From Batkoa obscura (lineage: Eukaryota): DNA of 64,000 bases. The position numbers and the translations under genes are program-made. Below are positions 1 to 11,469 of this stretch, in pieces; the stretch's first letter is position 1; each line of letters begins with the position of its first letter. The stretch lies in contig JASVEC010000001.1 in assembly GCA_030770535.1 (NCBI GenBank), forward strand, positions 1,364,001 to 1,428,000. The letters are read 5' to 3'. The notes under the pieces were generated by a model. That model was given only the letters and a program-made list of their open reading frames with translations, was not told where the DNA came from and did no database searches.

Positions 1-207
1 GTCACTAAGTCTTTCTGACAACATCTGATATAGATTTTACAGTAGTATCTTCCATTGTATTTGTTTTACATAATTCGTAGCTTACTACATACTATTTCTA
101 TTAAGTTAAGTCTACCTTAGTTACATAAACTAAGACCCTTCGACTCAAGGCAAGTTAATTAAGCAAGAGTAGCTTTTAACTTCGACCACTAAGTATCAAC
201 TTTCACA
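1..207 (-). mobile_element. LTR of an LTR retrotransposon (5' part; truncated by window edge)
   Basis: Reverse complement of 1-207 is identical (207/207 by manual comparison) to 9354-9560; begins TGTGAAA on the minus strand at 207. Confidence 0.9.
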
Positions 208-209
208 CT

Positions 210-891
210 ATATCAGTATTAGGCTTTAGTGTTTTATATTTAAAAAACGATAAAACAATAAGCAAAGTTTATTTTAATTATTTGTTTGAAATATCAAATC
301 ATGATTCAATATATGCAGGAGACTGTTTAGTTGATTTAATATCTAAAGAGTTTTTATTTAAAAAGTTTACAAAAATTAATATGAGTAGATACAGGAAATC
401 ATTTCAAATCTCAAGAGTTTTTACATTATATATTTGAAGAAATTTATAAAATAAATAGTAGTTTAAATATTGATCTTAATTTCTTTACTGAGCATCATGG
501 AAAAAGTATAGTTGACGGACATTTTGGAAATCTTTCACAGTGGAAAAATAGTTTTAAAGCATTAGGTAAAATAGAAGATATTGATCAATTAATTTCAAAA
601 TTTGAGATTTTTATTTGTGAACATAATAAAATTAATAACTCAACTGTTAATAACGGGAAAACAAATATAATTTTTAAAAAGTATGAAAGAGACAAAGATA
701 TAAAAATAAAAATAAAAATAAAAATACAAGGTATTAAAAAGTATTTACATTTTATTGAACGTGATCATAAACTACACTGCTATCCAGTATCTGATAGATC
801 AAAAAAAAGCGACATAATTCCAATTAAAGTTATAGAGTCTATAGAAAATAGGAAAATTAAAAGATCAACCCCAGCTATCTTACAAAAATAA
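210..891 (+). pseudogene. Sola2-like DDD transposase C-terminal fragment, frameshifted at ~384 and interrupted by the LTR
   Basis: Manual translation: ISVLGFSVLY...SNHDSIYAGDCL...KINM (210-383), then +1 shift VDTGNHFKSQEF...LNFFTEHHGKSIVDGHFGNLSQW...ILQK* (385-891). xDxxxHFK and FFxxxHGKxxxDG resemble Sola2-type catalytic motifs. Confidence 0.65.
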
Positions 892-969
892 CAGAAAATT
901 TAAAAAATTCAATATTTACTAAGCAAGTAAATAGCTTATTAAAGGTTGGTATTACTTAAACTATTAATA

Positions 970-1111
970 GCTAAGTTAATAAATAGCCAAAGAGCAAGTA
1001 ACTGTAACAATAAGTAAAAACTATTATCATACTGCTTGTATTACATAGGGATAGTTAATTATAGTTTTAGGGCTAACCAATTCCTCCCATGCAGCTATTT
1101 ATTAACTTAGC
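970..1111. repeat. Perfect 18-bp inverted repeat enclosing 106 bp
   Basis: gctaagttaataaatagc (970-987) / gctatttattaacttagc (1094-1111). Confidence 0.75.
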
Positions 1112-1493
1112 AATATATTAATAATGTAATTATAACATTAAAACAATTTATTTATTTGATAGCAAATCTGCAATGTTGGCTATAAAGCAGTTAATAATAA
1201 ATATTTCCCAATAAAGTTTTATAAAAATATATATTTATTTACATATTACAACTTTGATTAATATCACTATATAGGCTATATTGGTAAAAGCCTTTCTAAT
1301 CCGGGAATTTATACTAAATTTGATAGAAATTCCGCTACTTACAATATAAATTATGTCAAAATAATTTAAAGCTGTGTCGGGAGTACTTTTGGTTTTTAAT
1401 AAAGAATTTATTTTATAGAATTTTAAGCAAAGTTTTTAAAATATAAAATATTTAAAAATTGGGTAAAAAAATGAAATCAATTCGGACACCCCC

Positions 1494-1544
1494 AAATAGC
1501 GCTTAAAAAATGGAAAAAGTAATGAAGCCAAAAAAAACACCCCC
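1494..1544 (+). mobile_element. Right half of ~97-bp MITE family
   Basis: aaatagcgcttaaaaaatggaaaaagtaatgaagccaaaaaaaacaccccc matches the 3' half of the copy at 10308-10404; followed by atat. Confidence 0.8.
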
Positions 1545-2758
1545 ATATAGCAATTTCAAAAATAGTGATTTTTGTATTTATAATAAATTTATATTATAAT
1601 ATTATAATAATTCTATTTATTCAGATAAACTAATAATAAATAATTTAATATAAAAACAAACATAAACATTTTAAATTAAAAAATATTAATATTTTATAAC
1701 TTTCAATATTAATTTTAAATAAATTAGTTTTATTTATTTAAAATATTTAATATAAATAGCTTTTTTAGTCAATTTGATCATTTTTAAATATATTGATAAA
1801 AAAGCTTATTAGTAAAGTATGTTTGATATAAAAAAAAGTTAAAAAAATATTATTTAATTAATTATATAAAAATTCCAAACTTTTATTAATTATAAAATTT
1901 TTAAAATTTTAAAATTATAATCTATATTTAATAATGCAAATAAGAATAATAATATATTAGCTTTGTCAAATGCTTTCAGATAATATAATTAAATAACTTG
2001 ATAAAAACTATAACAGCTGTTATATTATTATTAAATATGATAACAATAGCTGTTTATTTTTTTTTTTTAAATTTTACATTTAAAGCTATAATAGTATTTT
2101 ATAATATAATTATTTTATAATATAATTATTTTAAGAAAAAATCTATTGCCTATATTCAAAAATATATAGCTTATAGAAATAAAAATTACAAATAATTTGC
2201 AACAGAACTAAATTTTAGTTTTGAAGGGTATTATTTTAAGCTTGCTAAATTTTAGCTGGTATCTTTTTTAAGTTTTATGAATTATGAATCAAATGCTGAT
2301 TTTTATTAAAGAATATAAATTTTGAATTGTGACGATTTCACACGTGTATGTATTTTAAAAAAATACATGCTACTTAAGCTTTTAACATATGCTTGAAAAA
2401 TCGACCCAAATGGCTCTCTTTTTTGTCCAATACTACCTATGTTTATGACCCAATATTATAAAATATTTATTTATAATATTAGCTACAGAAGGTTTTGGTC
2501 ATAATCAAAGACTCAAATTTTATTGTGTTAAAAGCTTAAATTTGTATAATTGCTTTTTAGTGTACTTTTCTTGCTTTTACCATCGATCCATTTAGGTTAG
2601 TTTCCTGGAAAAGTACCTATTAATATTATTATATTTTTATTTAACATCTATAAATTGCAAATTTAACAAAAAAATTACTTTTCCTAATTTGGACAACCTA
2701 ATAAACTGTATAAATCGCTTTTGAAATAAATTTCTGTAAATCTAACTGTAACCAGTTC

Positions 2759-3022
2759 TAACTGTATATAGGGCAAGTTTAAAAGTTTGGTTAAAATTAA
2801 AAATAAAATTTTTGTTCACTTTTTTTGACTATTTTTTATGTAGTGTAAATTTTAAAAAAACTCTTGAGTAAAATCAGATAAAAAAAACGTTTCAGTATGA
2901 GTTAATCTAAAATTAAGCAAAAAAGCAAAAAAAGATTGTAATACTTAGTGCTTTAATTTTTGCTAAAAATCGAAATTGGGCAAAATTTGAACCGAACTTT
3001 TAAACTAGCCCATATACAATTA
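2759..3022. mobile_element. MITE-like element with ~38-bp imperfect terminal inverted repeats
   Basis: taactgtatatagggcaagtttaaaagtttggttaaaatt versus reverse complement of the right end, taattgtatatggctagtttaaaagttcggttcaaatt. Confidence 0.6.
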
Positions 3023-3454
3023 AACCTTTTTTTTAAAGTTTTTTTTTATAACGTCTGATTTGTGCTTATTTCAAACTTTTTAAAGCACATTTATATGCTT
3101 ATTGATAGTAATATATTATAACACGATACTTTTAATAAACTAGGTTTATCTTGGTGGGTCTATTTGTGTTTATTACTTCAAAAACACTACTATTACCCCC
3201 CCTTAATCATACCTTTTGTTTATATTACTATAATAAATAATTAACTCCACCATCAATTTAAATCGCTTGAAGCTAACCACTTTAAAATCCAGTTTGCTTT
3301 CTACCCAACAAAAAAATTAAACTAATTAAGGTAGCGAAAAATAGCATAGTATGGTAAAAAGTGTAAAAAAAAGTTGTAAAATACAGCATGTTATAATCAG
3401 TAAGTTACCACCCTCCATAAAGATAACCAAACGACTCACTTGATTTATTATTAC

Positions 3455-3584
3455 ACTAGCACGAACATCAGTGATATTAACCAGTTTTATGCCCTTATTT
3501 AGAAAAACGCTAAATAAAAAATTTCTTAATACTTTTCTAAATAAAGGCATAAAATTAGTTAGCGTGGCTGATGTCTGTGCTAGT
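3455..3584. repeat. Foldback/MITE-like hairpin with 52-bp imperfect arms
   Basis: actagcacgaacatcag...cttatttagaaaa (3455-3506) is complementary to ttttctaaataaagg...ctgatgtctgtgctagt (3533-3584). Confidence 0.7.
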
Positions 3585-3701
3585 AATTAAAAAAAAATGG
3601 GTTGATTTCAAGTAAACAAGGTTCGAAACTAAAACATCCTCTATTTGCTTTTATATAAAATGTATAGGGCGAATACTAATAGATCAAACTTAGTTTAAAA
3701 T

Positions 3702-3784
3702 GGGGACGCCTTTTTTTACTTATTATTTTTCTACTCAAATAGCGCTTGAAAACGGAAAGTGATAAAACCAAAAAAACATCCCCC
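3702..3784 (+). mobile_element. ~97-bp MITE family copy (internally deleted)
   Basis: GGGG...CCCC ends, AAAT on both sides, shared core ctcaaatagcgctt. Confidence 0.8.
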
Positions 3785-5178
3785 AAATCTTAATTTCAAT
3801 CTACAAACATAAAAATTAGAAATAAACAAAATACAATTTTATTGTAAAACTAAAGTGGGGAAGTCGGTATCTCTTATTTGTTTCAAATCAAGTAAATGGA
3901 GATAAAACAACTTTATTTATTATTAAGAATAATCGATTTATTAAAAATAGTAATCAAAGTTAACCAATATTCATTATTCGTTGTATCCCTACTTAAGGAG
4001 TTTTAAGTATTAAATGATTTCTTTTATTACCATAAATTAGCTAATTAGCAAAAAACGCAACGTTTCCGAAAAAAAGTTGCAAATTTAATCAAATTTTAGT
4101 TTTAGTATTTGTAAGATTTGTAAATTTTACGGTGTTGATTTTTATTAAAAAATATGCCTCTAGCTTATATTGCCAAAACCAAAGTAAAAAAGGGGAATAA
4201 GCTAATCTTTAATTAATTTTTGATAAAAGGAAAAAGAAAAAGTTAAATAATGATTTAAAATAAATAACAATTAATTTTATAAAATTAAATTTTACAAGCC
4301 TTTTAATAAAAATTTAATTTAAATTCAACTTAGTTACTTTATTAAAAAAGTCTATTTATAATGTAATTAGTGTCTGCTTCATCACCCAGAAATCCTTAAC
4401 TAAGCCACACTGTGAGAAATTTTGTCTTTTGTGTATCAAGTAATATTGAATTATAAATTTTATTAAAATAAGCTGCATCAAATTTCAAATTTAAGTTTTG
4501 AAGTGAGTTTAAAATAAAATGACAACGTTTAAAACGTTGATCTTAGCAAGTTTGATTTTTATTAAAAACAAAATTCCCCTATTTTACCCATTTTAATAAA
4601 CGATGTCGTTTGATAAACTATTAATAATATTATTATTATTAGGCCAATAGCATTATTTTATAATTCATGTATTTCATTTTATTTCAACTACAATGGCAAG
4701 ATGGTAAAAAAAACAGACGGTTATTATGTCATTATTAATATTCATAAAATAACAAAGTTTAATATAAATCATAATTATTTTTATGATTGGTGAAGACAAA
4801 TCATTATCTCACTATTAATTGTAATAGGACCTTAGAAGAAATTTTGATTTAATACAAATCATCTATACAACAGCTAGGTTAGCATATAATTATTAAATAA
4901 AGGACTAATTATTTCATAAATTAAAATGATAAAAATATTATTCTTTTCCTTTATCTTTGGGATTGGGGTAAATTAAAAATGGTGAAGTTTATTTCACTCT
5001 ATTCTTAAACGAATCCCGCTATATTTCTAATTTTAATATAAAACTTATATTCTGTTCAATATTTATGTAATTATCAAATAGCTTAATACATCACAAATCA
5101 ATTTTAATTAGTTTGTTGAAGCAAAAATGTTTATTTTTAAAAAATACTATACAATAGAAGAAAAATAAATGAATTAAC

Positions 5179-5742
5179 TTAATGATAAAATGTGTAACTG
5201 TTGGAAGAATGAAGTTTTGTAGGCTTAGGTAATAAGTTAGACTCAAAAGAATGTAAAGAAATAGAAATTCTACGTGCAGAATCTCTATCACCATGTGGTA
5301 AGTTGCCTTTTAACGATTGCCTTTTATTTTGGAACCAAATTTGTACTGCTCTTGGTGACATACCAAGCTGTTTACCAAGTTCACTTCTTAACTCGGTGGA
5401 TGGGAAAGCTGTGGTTTCGAATACACGATTTAAAAAACGAATTTGTACCGAGTTAGCACGTTTTCTTTTTCCTTTGACAGGCACATGGTTTGGGGTATTG
5501 AAGTCTACATCTTGTTGGTGGCAAGAGTCTCGACTATAACTATCAACACTTGATCTACGCTTATACGTATCATGATCATCGTGATGCTTAGAGAAGTGGT
5601 TTGGAAATAAATCGGAGATAGATGGTAAGCTTACTTGACAGTAAGAAAACTTACGTTCCCATTTTGATTTTGGAGAAGTAAGCTCAGGATTAGGGGTACT
5701 AAATAAGTTTAAGCTAGCAGAGTAAGAATCTAGTAAAGACAT
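5179..5742 (-). CDS. Homeodomain transcription factor (Yox1/Yhp1-like)
   Basis: KRKRANSVQIRFLNRVFETTAFPSTELRSELGKQLGMSPRAVQIWFQNKRQ is a canonical homeodomain; intronless 187-aa ORF. Confidence 0.9.
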   Translation of the reverse strand: MSLLDSYSASLNLFSTPNPELTSPKSKWERKFSYCQVSLPSISDLFPNHFSKHHDDHDTYKRRSSVDSYSRDSCHQQDVDFNTPNHVPVKGKRKRANSVQIRFLNRVFETTAFPSTELRSELGKQLGMSPRAVQIWFQNKRQSLKGNLPHGDRDSARRISISLHSFESNLLPKPTKLHSSNSYTFYH

Positions 5743-6652
5743 TTTTTTTAAAGTTGATTGAAATTCGGATGGAAAGAGAGTATTTATATATGATTCGATG
5801 GCTTATATGCTAATTTAAAATAATGTGGCTATGATTCAAAGCTTGATCATATTTTAGGGGGTAGAATATAATAATGAAATAACACAAATAAGTAAATAAA
5901 AAAATGGTGTTTTATTAGAAGTAAAGTATCTTAATTCCTCATGTTTAATTAATTTTAAAAGCAAAAAACGCTTAGTTATTTTAATAATATGATCTTAATG
6001 AGATCATTTTATTTAAACTTATATTCTTTTTCATTTTAGACAACATTACTATCACACTTTTATTTTAAACATTATTATTAAATAGTTATTTATCTATACA
6101 ATTCTTGATACTTAAGTGAATTTTAATGATTATGAAATGCAATTAAATATGTTATATTGTGTTCTTAACATTTTAAAATAATAAATTATCAAATTTTAAT
6201 AGTTAGAATAGAAGTTATTCTATTTATGCAATAGTATAAAAAAATAACCTGTTTAATATTATAATAATCTAATCATTACTTTGATTAATATAATAATGAT
6301 AATGAATTGACATTTAAATTTCAGTTAAATAAACTTATAACGGAAACATTTTACTAACTATTTAAATCTACATTTCATTAATATTAATAGTAAATCCTTA
6401 GTTTCAATTTGGTATACAAATAAAGAGCCTTAATAGTTTATACTATTTTATTTATATAATTAAATACTGTCCTTAAACTACTTTTTATCTATAAGTAATC
6501 CTAAATCAATGGCATATTAAAAAGCGGATATATTTAGCACAGAGAATAATTAAGGAGCTGTGAAATAGAAATATACTTTCTATTTCTTATATAAAATATT
6601 AAATGTTAAAAATAACGATAAAATGCTAATTTAAAACCTTTTTTAACTATAT

Positions 6653-6750
6653 GGGGATGTTTTTTTTGGTTTCATCACTTTTTCCATTTTTTAAGTGCTA
6701 TTTAAGCAAAAAGATTGTTAGTAAAATTCTTAAACAAAAAATACATCCTC
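6653..6750 (-). mobile_element. ~97-bp MITE family copy
   Basis: GGGGATGT...ACATCCTC, ATAT TSD on both sides. Confidence 0.85.
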
Positions 6751-7771
6751 ATATGGTAAGGTTATAAGTAATAATCAATTAATCTACAAAATTCTAAACT
6801 TCCAATTATAAAGTTTTAATTTGCATTATAGTCTTTAATTTGTTTTACGTATAAACTTAGGAATTCAATATAGATCTATATCCTTATTTTTAGTAAAACT
6901 AACTTTTTTATTATTTAAATATATTTTCACAAAAATAAACCCAATCAAATACCAACCTCAAAATAAACTACTTTAATTTAATATCAAACATCAGAATATA
7001 TAATTATTAATGGAGGGTCACTGCTTTTAAAGAATGTTTTTATAAAACCTTCCAGTATATAAATCTTATAAATAATCAAATTATCCTTTTACCTTATTGG
7101 ATAAGACTTGTTTTAATTTTTTTAATAATTATACTTTAACTGTTTTAATTCTACTTCAAACTCAACTTTCAACTAACCTTGTTTATTATGAATTATTAAG
7201 TAATTAATATCATCGATGACATAAACATAAAGAAGGTAAGAACTTATAATATTTGAGCTAAGTTCCAGTGAAGGAATAGGAATTATAAATAGGTTAGTTA
7301 TAAGTTTTAATAATGATAGCTTTATTACGCTTCATTTCATCCCAAATTGAAAATCTGGATTTTAGTTTGTTTCAAATGAGTGTGTTTAAAGTACGTTAGC
7401 GTAATCTTTTTAAATCATTATTGGGCAAAAATTAATAGGATTTGTTAGCAGTGACGTAGACCAAGTCCAATTAACGCAGTATATTAATTTAACATATAAT
7501 TTAAATTAAATAGTTAATAATGCAATTTTTTAATAATATATAAAAGCTATTTTAAAATTATTCATAATTGTATTATTCTAAATTAAATGTTATTTAGAAT
7601 TTTAATTTTATTATTGTTTTAGTTTGATTTATACTTATTTACTGTTTTATAAAGTAGTACTTTTAACTATACTTTATTTTAATTTTAAAAATACATTATA
7701 TCAAACAAAATAAGCTCAATTAAATTTAACTTTTTAAAATGCTTAAAAGCCTAAAATGTTTGAATTAATAT

Positions 7772-7869
7772 AGAGGTGTTTTTTTGGTTTCATCACTTTT
7801 TCTGTTTCTTGAATGCTATTTGAGTGGAAAAGGTTGTTAGTGAATTCTTAAACAAGAAAATATATCCCC
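7772..7869 (-). mobile_element. ~97-bp MITE family copy
   Basis: Full-length similarity to the family; flanks atat/gtat. Confidence 0.8.
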
Positions 7870-7908
7870 GTATGTTGGTTCTTATTCTAATACTTTAAAA
7901 TAAAATAA

Positions 7909-8005
7909 GAGAATGTATTTCTTTGTTTAAGAATTTTACTAACAATCTTTCCACTCAAATACCATTTAAAAGATGGAAAAGTGATGAAACCAAAAAAAAA
8001 TCACC
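7909..8005 (+). mobile_element. ~97-bp MITE family copy
   Basis: Full-length similarity; ATAA on both sides; inverted relative to 7772-7869. Confidence 0.8.
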
Positions 8006-8048
8006 ATAAGCTTTTAAACTAAACAACTATTTAAATAAGTTATAACTC

Positions 8049-8594
8049 TGTAAAAGTTGGTACTCAGTAGTTATAGTTAAAACCAGCTCTTACTTGATTA
8101 ACTAGCCTTGAGTCAAACGGTCTTAGTTTATGTAACTAAGATAGACTCAAATTAGTAAGAATAGTGCATAATAGGGTATAAACTATGTAAAACGAATAGA
8201 ATAGAAGATATTACTGTAAAATCTACGTAAGATATTGTCAGAAAGACTTAGTAGCTTTATTAATGGTATGATGTCAGGGAGTAATTCAATTAAAAAGCAT
8301 CGAGTTATCATGTTGAAGAATCTCTTTTATACTCCAACTGGGTGGTTATATATAAGGAACATTATAGTAGTTATTCCTTATTATCGTTGCTAAGTATGGA
8401 CATTAAAACGTGGACAATAACTTCTTTAGAATTAGGCGATAGAAATTCTTACAACAAATCTAAATGAGGAACTCTGAATTGATTATACCACATGGTTCAC
8501 GGTCAAATTGATTACAAAACTACTAGTTTTGTAAACAAGTTAAATGATTATTATCTTATAGTTAATCCGAGAGCTAATAAAACAATATTTGACA
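8049..8594 (+). mobile_element. Diverged LTR related to 9354-9817
   Basis: TGTAAAAGTTG start and TTTGACA end; colinear blocks ggtcttagtttatgtaactaag, ttgtcagaaagacttagt, ttgaagaatctcttttatactccaac, cgagagctaataaa; no TSD found. Confidence 0.8.
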
Positions 8595-8733
8595 AATACT
8601 GACTTATTAGCTATAAAATTTAAATTATCATCTTAAATTCCCCTAACTAAGTATATGCTTTTTAAAATTAATATTATTTTTATTTATTTAACCAACTTTT
8701 CAACTTAAAACAAACATAACTACAAGATTATAT

Positions 8734-8795
8734 GGGGATGTGTTTTTTTGTTTAAAAATTGCTAGTAAAATTTTTAAACAAAAAAATACATTCCC
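8734..8795. mobile_element. Symmetric MITE derivative (two left ends)
   Basis: GGGGATGTG..tttgtttaaaaatt-gctagtaa-aatttttaaacaaa..TACATTCCC, ATAT TSD. Confidence 0.75.
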
Positions 8796-9353
8796 ATATA
8801 TTGTAATTAAAAATCCTGTTTTGTGGCCTTTTTATTTTATTGATATATTTTATTTACTAATGTTTCATTTCTTAAAGTATTTAGTTGTTTTTTATTTTTT
8901 GTAAGAATATGTAATAAAAATATATATGTATATTTGATATAATTATTTAATGATGAATTTATTAAAATTATTAAAATTATAAAGCACAGATTTAAAAAAA
9001 AGTGTTTTATCTGAACTTCAACTTCACATTTAATTATTCTGATTTTGTAAAAAAAAAAATTAACTGATACAGTTGTTTAAGCTCAAATGTGCACTGACAA
9101 ATAATGAATTTTGTAACCAACTATTTGTTCTATCATGCTGATTTGAGGATTATCAATTTAATCTTTATTTTAAAATGGACAACTACCTAGCACACATCCA
9201 GGCTTGAACGCTGTACTAGTTAACTAATTGCTAAATTTAAAAAAATAGCAAAAAAGGACAATTAGTAAAAAACATCCCCATATAATTAATAAGTTAACAT
9301 TGTTTTTTATAGTATAGCTAATAACACCATTTGAGCACTAATCATGACTATGT

Positions 9354-9817
9354 TGTGAAAGTTGATACTTAGTGGTCGAAGTTAAAAGCTACTCTTGCTT
9401 AATTAACTTGCCTTGAGTCGAAGGGTCTTAGTTTATGTAACTAAGGTAGACTTAACTTAATAGAAATAGTATGTAGTAAGCTACGAATTATGTAAAACAA
9501 ATACAATGGAAGATACTACTGTAAAATCTATATCAGATGTTGTCAGAAAGACTTAGTGACTTTATTAATGATACGTTATCAGGGAGTAATCCAATTAAAA
9601 AGCCTCGAGTCATCATATTGAAGAATCTCTTTTATACTCCAACAGGTATGGATATCAAAACGAGAGGATAATATTGTTTGCAATATTAAGTTATAAATTC
9701 TCGCAGCAAATCAAAATAAGGGGCTCTGACTTGATTGTGTTTGAACTTGAGAACACAGCAACTTAAGTGATTGTTGTGTTACAATCAATTCGAGAGCTAA
9801 TAAAGCAATATTTCACA
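9354..9817 (+). mobile_element. Intact solo LTR (464 bp)
   Basis: TGTGAAA...TTTCACA terminal inverted repeat, ATGT direct repeat at 9350-9353 and 9818-9821, AATAAA near the 3' end. Confidence 0.92.
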
Positions 9818-10307
9818 ATGTAACTTGGTATATATATTGTATAACACTAGTTTAAAAGATATTAAATGTTAACAAAGCTTCAATTAAAAAATGTCAGTTT
9901 GATTATGACAAAATAAACCAGAGTAGCCACCTAAGCTGTTTACTTCCTATTTGATAGCATTTCTACACCTTTGGTTCTATATTTTATACATAATTATTAT
10001 AATATACAATAAAAATACACCTTAATCTATCAAAATATTATAACTTCTGGTATTAATACCATAATATAGAAAATAACTATGTAGGATTGTTTTATAAATT
10101 TTACTTATAATTAAAATAGTTGACTTTAAATTATATAAAGAACTATAATATATTATTAACGCATAGTATTTACTAATAGATTAAGGAGAATATGTCACTA
10201 GAACAAAGTTTTTATAATAATATGATTCGATTTTAAAATAACGAATTACAAACCAAAATCAATTTTTATATCTTTCTTCTAACAAGAATATCATTTCAAA
10301 TAAATAT

Positions 10308-10404
10308 GGGGATGTATTTTTGTTCAAGAATTTTACTAACAAATTTTCCGCTCAAATAGCGCTTAAAAAATGGAAAAAGTGATGAAGCTATAAAAAATAT
10401 CCCC
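10308..10404 (+). mobile_element. ~97-bp MITE family copy
   Basis: GGGGATGT...ATATCCCC; flanks atat/attt. Confidence 0.85.
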
Positions 10405-10535
10405 ATTTAATGAACATGAACATCAAATAAAGCAAATAAAAATACTGAACAAGATGAAAAAATAGTATAAATAGAAAGTAATATAGCATTATTTAACTAT
10501 AAAAAAATAAATAAACAGGAACAAATAATATAAAG

Positions 10536-11469
10536 ATGAAGCTGGTTTTAGTTTTAAGTTTTCTTTGCTCCCAGATTCTATCCAGGTTTAAAATAAATAG
10601 TTATTTGAATGAGCAGGATTCGAAATCAAATGACGTATACGCCCCCTGCTTTTGATAAGGAATTGAGCAGAATCTATGGTATTGAATTTAATAATAATAA
10701 ATAGGAATTTGTTCAAATTAATAAAAGATAAAGGAAAAGTTTTGAGGCTAATTTCAAAGCCCAATATGTTGACAACTTTTGATAAAGATAAACCTCATCT
10801 TTCAATGCTTTTCACTAAAGATAAGCTTTATTTCTTAAGCAAAGATAACTCTGGTGTTTGGATATTTGATAGGAAATCCAAAGATAAGTTTATTAATGAA
10901 GGATGTCATAACTATAATAAATATACAAAAAACCTTATTTCACAAATCTTTTTTGAAGACAACAACTTATTATTAACCACCAAAAATGGACCGGTATCTA
11001 AAGGAATATCCAATGGGGCAATGCTTGTAAGACAACTTGGCAACTTTGGTTTTCTTTAAAATAAAGGAAAAGGTAAACTCGATCTCAATGCTGCTTACTG
11101 GTTTCAGGAAGAAGGTCTTTATCATGTCTTTAAGAATATTATATCAGAAGAATCCTATGGTGGTAATTGTTTTTCAAGCCCTGGTTATGTTAGTAAAATA
11201 TCCCAAAAAACAATACTATAACTTCAATGGTGTCTACCAATGATAATCAATTTGTTTTAGCTGAAGATAAAAGTCAAATTTTCATTATTAATGGAGATGA
11301 TAAGGTACAAGCATTGGCAGCTAGCTCTCCAAATCAAAGCAGCACTTCTTTAGTGATACATCAAAATCAAAAATTTAGGTATTTGATAGTAGTAATAATT
11401 CTAACAATATTCTTATTGATTAGATTACTTCATAATAAACTCATCATTAATTTATTTATTGACGTTTAA
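10536..11469 (+). pseudogene. Possible fragmented gene for a secreted protein, function unknown
   Basis: Signal-peptide-like MKLVLVLSFLCSQILS at 10536, then a stop and three overlapping same-strand ORFs (10676-11059, 11037-11243, 11227-11469). Confidence 0.3.

Noticed and set aside
8049..9817. Single TRIM-like element bounded by the two same-strand LTRs
   Set aside because: The LTRs are diverged, the second has its own TSD, and no PBS or PPT is visible between them.
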